Assembly (NCBI GenBank): GCA_039932235.1
Contig: JBDTQJ010000002.1
Location: forward strand, 1-41,408
DNA: 41,408 nucleotides
Direction: 5' to 3'
Source of the DNA: Chloroflexota bacterium
GTDB lineage: Bacteria; Chloroflexota; Limnocylindria; QHBO01
The first letter of the stretch is position 1. Every line of letters begins with the position of its first letter. The translations under genes were made by a program, and so were the position numbers. The notes below the pieces were generated by a model. That model did no database searches. It was not told the DNA's origin and saw only the letters and a list, made by a program, of their open reading frames with translations. This document shows, one piece after another, positions 37,385 through 41,408 of the stretch.

Positions 37385-37654
37385 TCAGACCCCGCGGCGT
37401 CGCCCGGTCATCATCTGGAAGAGGAACACGACGATGATCGCGCCGACGATGGCAGCGAGGATCGTGGTGAGGTCGATGCCGGTCAGCCAGTCTGACTTGT
37501 TGGTCAGCAGCGAGAAGAGCCAGCCACCGAGGAAGGCGCCGACGATGCCGGCGATCAGCCCGCCGATGGGGCCGTAGCCCTCATCACCGGGAACCACCTT
37601 GCTCGCGACCCAGCCGGCGATTGCGCCGACGACCAACCATGCAATGAGTCCCAT
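37385..37654 (-). CDS. GlsB/YeaQ/YmgE-family (transglycosylase-associated) stress membrane protein
   Basis: 89 aa with Gly-rich TM helices, MGLIAWLVVGAIAGWVASKV...GGLIAGIVGAFLGGWLF. Confidence 0.85.
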   Translation of the reverse strand: MGLIAWLVVGAIAGWVASKVVPGDEGYGPIGGLIAGIVGAFLGGWLFSLLTNKSDWLTGIDLTTILAAIVGAIIVVFLFQMMTGRRRGV

Positions 37655-37777
37655 TGGTAATCAATACCTCTCGATATGCCCTGCACGCAACGCGTCGCAG
37701 GGAGAATCCCCCGACAAAGGGTGTGCTGCAGTGAGCAATCGCAAGTTATGTACCACGTCTCACTCGATGGCGGTCAC

Positions 37778-38731
37778 TCACGCTGCAAGGACGTGGAAGA
37801 CACCAAGATCGGCGAATCCGGCGGCAGCATACAGCGCGTGCGCAACCGCTCTCTGCGGTCCGGACTCCAGGACGCACGCGTAGGCGTCCGCCTCGGCGGC
37901 CGTGGCGAGCGCCGAATCCAGCAGCGCCGAGCCGATGCGCACCCCGCGCGCACGATCGGCGACCACCAGCTCGGGAATCCAGGCCTGCGGCCGCGGCATG
38001 AAGAAAGGGTGTCGCAGCACCAGGGTGCAGACGCCGACCACCTCCCCGTCACGCACGGCGACGCGGGAACGGTTTGCGGGGTCGCGAAGGTGAGCGACGA
38101 AGACCCGACGCATGGTTGCCATCCGCTCTTCGGCGGGAACGGGCACCCCCAGCTCACCGAGCAGGCGGGTCACCGGCTCGAAGTCGTCGGGGGCCATGGG
38201 GCGCAGCTCGATTCCCGCAGCGGGCGCCACGCCCCGCGGCTGGATCGGGCGCTGCTGGAGGTGATGCCCGGTCTCCACGAAGCCTAGGGACGCGTACAGG
38301 CGGCGCGCCGCCTCGTTGTCCCTCGCCACCTCCAGCATGATCGAGTCGCCCTGGCGCAGCCGCCACTCCGCGATGCAGGCCCGCACCATGGCGCTGCCGA
38401 TCCCGCGACGTCCATGGGCGGGCCGCACGTAGAGGTCGGAGAGCCAGCCCTGGAAGCGGGCGTGGCCGAGGCGTCGGCGGAACCAGAAGAGCGCCATCCC
38501 CGCCGCCTCGCCGTCGACGAGCGCAAGGAACGGTGATGCGTCCGGGGAGTTGACCATCGCGTCGTACGCGGCACGGAACGGCTCCGCATCGGTCGCGGGA
38601 AGGTGGTAGAGCTCGCGGGCGAGCTCCAGCGCGACCGCGAAGTCGTCGCGCGCCAGGGGGCGCAGCTCCACGCCGGCCGGCAGCGGGACGGCCAGCCCGC
38701 CCACCGGGTGATCGGGGTTCCCCAGGTTCAT
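37778..38731 (-). CDS. Tandem-GNAT (two acetyltransferase domains) protein
   Basis: The ATG at 38731 forms an ATGA overlap with the upstream crotonase stop. There are two GNAT cores (…YVRPAHGRRGIGSAMV…RRLYASLGF… and …VVADRARGVRIGSALL…HALYAAAGF…). Confidence 0.8.
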   Translation of the reverse strand: MNLGNPDHPVGGLAVPLPAGVELRPLARDDFAVALELARELYHLPATDAEPFRAAYDAMVNSPDASPFLALVDGEAAGMALFWFRRRLGHARFQGWLSDLYVRPAHGRRGIGSAMVRACIAEWRLRQGDSIMLEVARDNEAARRLYASLGFVETGHHLQQRPIQPRGVAPAAGIELRPMAPDDFEPVTRLLGELGVPVPAEERMATMRRVFVAHLRDPANRSRVAVRDGEVVGVCTLVLRHPFFMPRPQAWIPELVVADRARGVRIGSALLDSALATAAEADAYACVLESGPQRAVAHALYAAAGFADLGVFHVLAA

Positions 38732-39510
38732 CGGCCGGTGAAGTCGGGCGTCCGCTTCTCCAGGAAGGCGGCCATTCCCTCCTTCTGGTCCTCGCTGGCG
38801 AAGAGCAGGTAGAAGAGCCGCCGCTCGTGGGCGAGCGCATCGGTCAGGCTCATCTCGTACGCCGCGTTGACCGCCTCCTTGGCGAGGCGCAGGGCCAGCG
38901 GCGAGCGGGTCGCGATGTTCGCCGCAAGAGCGAGGGCATCCTCCACGCACAGCTCGTCCTGGGTGACCCGCGCGACCAGGCCGGCCGCCTCCGCCTCGCG
39001 GGCCGAGATCGGCTCACCGGTGAGGATCATGGCCATCGCCTTCGACTTGCCGATGGCCCGCGTCAGGCGCTGCGTGCCGCCGGCTCCCGGGATGATGCCG
39101 ATCCCTATCTCCGGCTGGCCGAACTTCGCCCCCTCGCCGGCGACGATCAGGTCGAGCGCCATCGCCAGCTCGCAGCCGCCACCCAGGCACCAGCCGTTGA
39201 CGGCGGCGATGACTGGCTTGCTGATCCTGCGCACCCGGTCCCACTGGCCGATGCGGTTGCTGACCAGCATGTCGATGGGCGTGGCATCCGCCATCTCACC
39301 GATGTCGGCGCCCGCGGCGAAGGCGCGCTCGCTGCCGGTCACCACGATGGCTCGCACGGCGTCGTCGCGATCCAGCTCCTCCAGCGCGGCGCACAGGGCG
39401 TCCATGGTCGGCCCGTTCAACGCGTTGAGCTGCCTGGGGCGGTTGAGGCGTACCAGCGCGGTCCGCTGCTCGGCCTGGTGCTCGACGAGGACGAGCTGCT
39501 CCTCGTTCAC
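38728..39510 (-). CDS. Enoyl-CoA hydratase (crotonase)
   Basis: The GTG at 39510 forms a GTGA overlap with the upstream gene. Motifs are GSERAFAAGADI and AAVNGWCLGGGCELAMALD. The upstream half of the 520-aa track ORF is off-frame overlap and not part of this gene. Confidence 0.9.
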   Translation of the reverse strand: MNEEQLVLVEHQAEQRTALVRLNRPRQLNALNGPTMDALCAALEELDRDDAVRAIVVTGSERAFAAGADIGEMADATPIDMLVSNRIGQWDRVRRISKPVIAAVNGWCLGGGCELAMALDLIVAGEGAKFGQPEIGIGIIPGAGGTQRLTRAIGKSKAMAMILTGEPISAREAEAAGLVARVTQDELCVEDALALAANIATRSPLALRLAKEAVNAAYEMSLTDALAHERRLFYLLFASEDQKEGMAAFLEKRTPDFTGR

Positions 39511-40469
39511 GCCGGTTCTTCGCCCATCGCCGGGGTCGGCAGCGCGTTGCCGCAGACGCCGCAGAAGCCGTGCTGCGCGGGCAGGCCGGTCGCGCCGCAG
39601 CGCGGGCAGGCGCGCGGGAACGCCTGCGCGAAGCGCAGCTCGTCGTAGCGCGGCGCGCGCTTGTCGTGGAAGGCGGCGACTGCCTCGAGCGTCTCGTCGG
39701 AGCCGGAGTGGACCGCCAGCCAGTCGCGGGCATGGGTGATGGTCCCGGACCACGCCAGGTCGCGCCAGAAGTTGAGCTGTGCCTTGGTGTAGCGGATGGT
39801 CTCCGGCAGCTTGCGGCGCAGCTTGGCCGCCAGCTCCGCGACGGTGGCGTCCAGCTCGGCACGTGGCACGACGCGCGTCACGAGGCCCCACTCGAGGGCC
39901 TGTGTGGGGCTGATCTTCTCGCAGAGCATGATGATCTCGCGGGCCCGGCGATCCCCCACCGTGACGGCCAGCCACTGCGTCGCCCCGCCGGCGGGGACCG
40001 AGCCATGCTCCGGTCCGACGTGGCGGATGTACGTGTCGTCGACGATCACCGACAGGTCGCAGGCCAGCTGCAGTTCCTGTCCGCCGCCGACGCATACCCC
40101 GTTGATGCGCGCGATGGTCGGCTTGCCGATCGTGCGCAGCCGGTCGTGCATCTCGATGAAGGCGCCCATCCAGCGCCAGTACTGGCCGCTGGTGGCGCCG
40201 AACGTGGCCTGCTCGTCGAGGTCGGCGCCGGTGCAGAAGGCGCGATCGCCGGCGCCGGTGATCACGACGCACGAGACGGTGTCGTCCCACGAGGCGTCCT
40301 CGAAGGCGCGGGCCAGTTCGCGCAGGGTACGGAAGTCGAAGCAGTTGAGGACGTCGGGGCGGTCGATGGTCACCGTGGCGACCCCGCTCTCGGCGTCCTT
40401 GGCGTAGCGGATGCGCTCGAATCCGAGGCTTGCCGGGTCGACCGGCAGCGGCGCCTCAGGCTCAGTCAT
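39507..40469 (-). CDS. MenB/BadI-like crotonase-fold protein with C-terminal zinc ribbon
   Basis: ATG at 40469. Motifs are TGAGDRAFCTGADLDE and INGVCVGGGQELQLACD. The C-terminal ~34 aa carry CPRCG...(13 aa)...CGVCG. Confidence 0.85.
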   Translation of the reverse strand: MTEPEAPLPVDPASLGFERIRYAKDAESGVATVTIDRPDVLNCFDFRTLRELARAFEDASWDDTVSCVVITGAGDRAFCTGADLDEQATFGATSGQYWRWMGAFIEMHDRLRTIGKPTIARINGVCVGGGQELQLACDLSVIVDDTYIRHVGPEHGSVPAGGATQWLAVTVGDRRAREIIMLCEKISPTQALEWGLVTRVVPRAELDATVAELAAKLRRKLPETIRYTKAQLNFWRDLAWSGTITHARDWLAVHSGSDETLEAVAAFHDKRAPRYDELRFAQAFPRACPRCGATGLPAQHGFCGVCGNALPTPAMGEEPA

Positions 40470-40758
40470 CGGCGACGAAGAGCTCGACCCCGGCCTGGGC
40501 GAAGTTGCGCAGGTCCTTGCCGCTCTCGCGTCCCGCGTCGGAGGCGAGCGCGGCATCCAGGTCGGCGCGCGAGGCGAAGCGCATCTCTGCCATCTGGTAG
40601 AAGACCGGGTCCTGGCCGCCGACGCCGCCGAGCCGGGTGACCTTCAGGTCGGTCAGGCCCGGGTAGCGGCGCACGATAGGGGCGTGAACATCGGCGTAGT
40701 GACTGTCGAAGGACCTCGGATCCGGGGGCTGGCGGAAGAGCGCGATCAATCGGACCAT
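40462..40758 (-). CDS. EthD-family protein
   Basis: 98 aa. MVRLIALFRQPPDPRSFDSHYADVHAPIV...FYQMAEMRFASRADLDAAL fits the EthD/TIGR02118-type fold pattern. Confidence 0.75.
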   Translation of the reverse strand: MVRLIALFRQPPDPRSFDSHYADVHAPIVRRYPGLTDLKVTRLGGVGGQDPVFYQMAEMRFASRADLDAALASDAGRESGKDLRNFAQAGVELFVADD

Positions 40759-40767
40759 GCAGATCGG

Positions 40768-41013
<246 letters not shown>

Positions 41014-41095
41014 GGCCTGCCTTGAACTCCTCTGGGATTGGCTGCAGGTCGGTCCGTCGAGTCTACACCGATGCCGCCGCCCTACGATGGTGCAC

Positions 41096-41408
41096 ATGAT
41101 CTTCGACGACCTCGGCCACCGTCCGCTCATCGTGGCGGCCCTCACCCCCCTGACCGATGCGGGCGCTCGGCTCGACCTCGACGCCGTGCCCGGCTATGTC
41201 GCCTTTCTCGAGGCGCACGGGGCCGACGGCGCGTTCGTGAGCGGCACCACCGGGGAGGGCGTGCTGCTCACCCTCGATGAACGACGTGCGGCGACGGTGG
41301 CGTGGCGGGCGGCCCTCGGCGGCCTCCTCGTGGTGCATGCCGGCGCGCAGACTACCGCCGACTCGGTGGCCCTGGCCGCCCACGCGGCCGAGGCGGGAGC
41401 TGACGCGG
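41096..41408 (+). CDS. DapA/dihydrodipicolinate-synthase-family lyase, 5' part (runs off right edge)
   Basis: My own translation from the ATG at 41096 reads MIFDDLGHRPLIVAALTPLTDAGARLDLDAVPGYVAFLEAHGADGAFVSGTTGEGVLLTLDERR..., containing the family GTTGE motif. There is no stop before the window end. Confidence 0.75.
   Translation, partial: MIFDDLGHRPLIVAALTPLTDAGARLDLDAVPGYVAFLEAHGADGAFVSGTTGEGVLLTLDERRAATVAWRAALGGLLVVHAGAQTTADSVALAAHAAEAGADA

Noticed and set aside
37655-37777. Lower-GC 123-bp region upstream of the GlsB/YeaQ-like gene with a bulged 10-bp hairpin (37679..37702), considered as a riboswitch or regulatory leader
   Set aside because: It is a single short hairpin without a U-tract or any multi-stem architecture I can match to a known riboswitch class. 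It is equally explained as a weak terminator for the upstream GNAT operon plus an ordinary promoter region.
38728-40290. 520-aa ORF suggesting a much longer crotonase
   Set aside because: Its N-terminal 260 aa are an out-of-frame read through the upstream crotonase/Zn-ribbon gene (Arg-rich nonsense). The crotonase homology begins exactly at a GTG (39510) that overlaps the upstream stop as GTGA.

Overview
High-GC (~70%) chromosomal segment with Actinomycetota-like hallmarks: an LLM/F420-type oxidoreductase, a GT87/DUF2029-like membrane protein, a Tat-signal lipoprotein, many 4-nt ATGA/GTGA start-stop overlaps and apparent leaderless starts. I could support about 45 protein-coding genes and found no rRNA, tRNA, CRISPR array, transposase or integrase. 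Left to right the window holds: a surface FG-GAP repeat protein and an acyl-CoA dehydrogenase; a compact polyamine-type ABC importer (potA-D-B-C order) fused into one unit with a MerR+XRE+cupin regulator and a class-III aminotransferase; an orphan receiver protein; a small redox cluster (2Fe-2S protein, flavin reductase, two small proteins, LLM oxidoreductase); an APH-fold kinase; a three-gene module (minimal T2SS/T4SS-type ATPase, ChlI-like AAA+, VWA protein); an XRE-family gene bracketed by two diverged 140-bp direct repeats; a GT87-like membrane protein, an SRPBCC protein, an aldehyde dehydrogenase and a GNAT; two very large double-FtsX permeases plus two ABC ATPases; a beta-oxidation operon (MFS, crotonase, 3-hydroxyacyl-CoA dehydrogenase, HAD, DUF2277, thiolase); a SnoaL-like and a GlsB/YeaQ-like gene; and a tightly coupled ferredoxin-EthD-crotonase(Zn-ribbon)-crotonase-tandem-GNAT operon. 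A DapA-family gene runs off the right edge. The best candidates for something undescribed are the ATPase/AAA+/VWA module together with the adjacent repeat-bracketed XRE gene. Next come the permease-permease-ATPase-ATPase locus, whose first ATPase has an AbrB/SpoVT-like tail, the dual-HTH cupin regulator, and the zinc-ribbon crotonase operon. All functional calls rest on motif recognition by eye in the supplied translations; no database search was possible.
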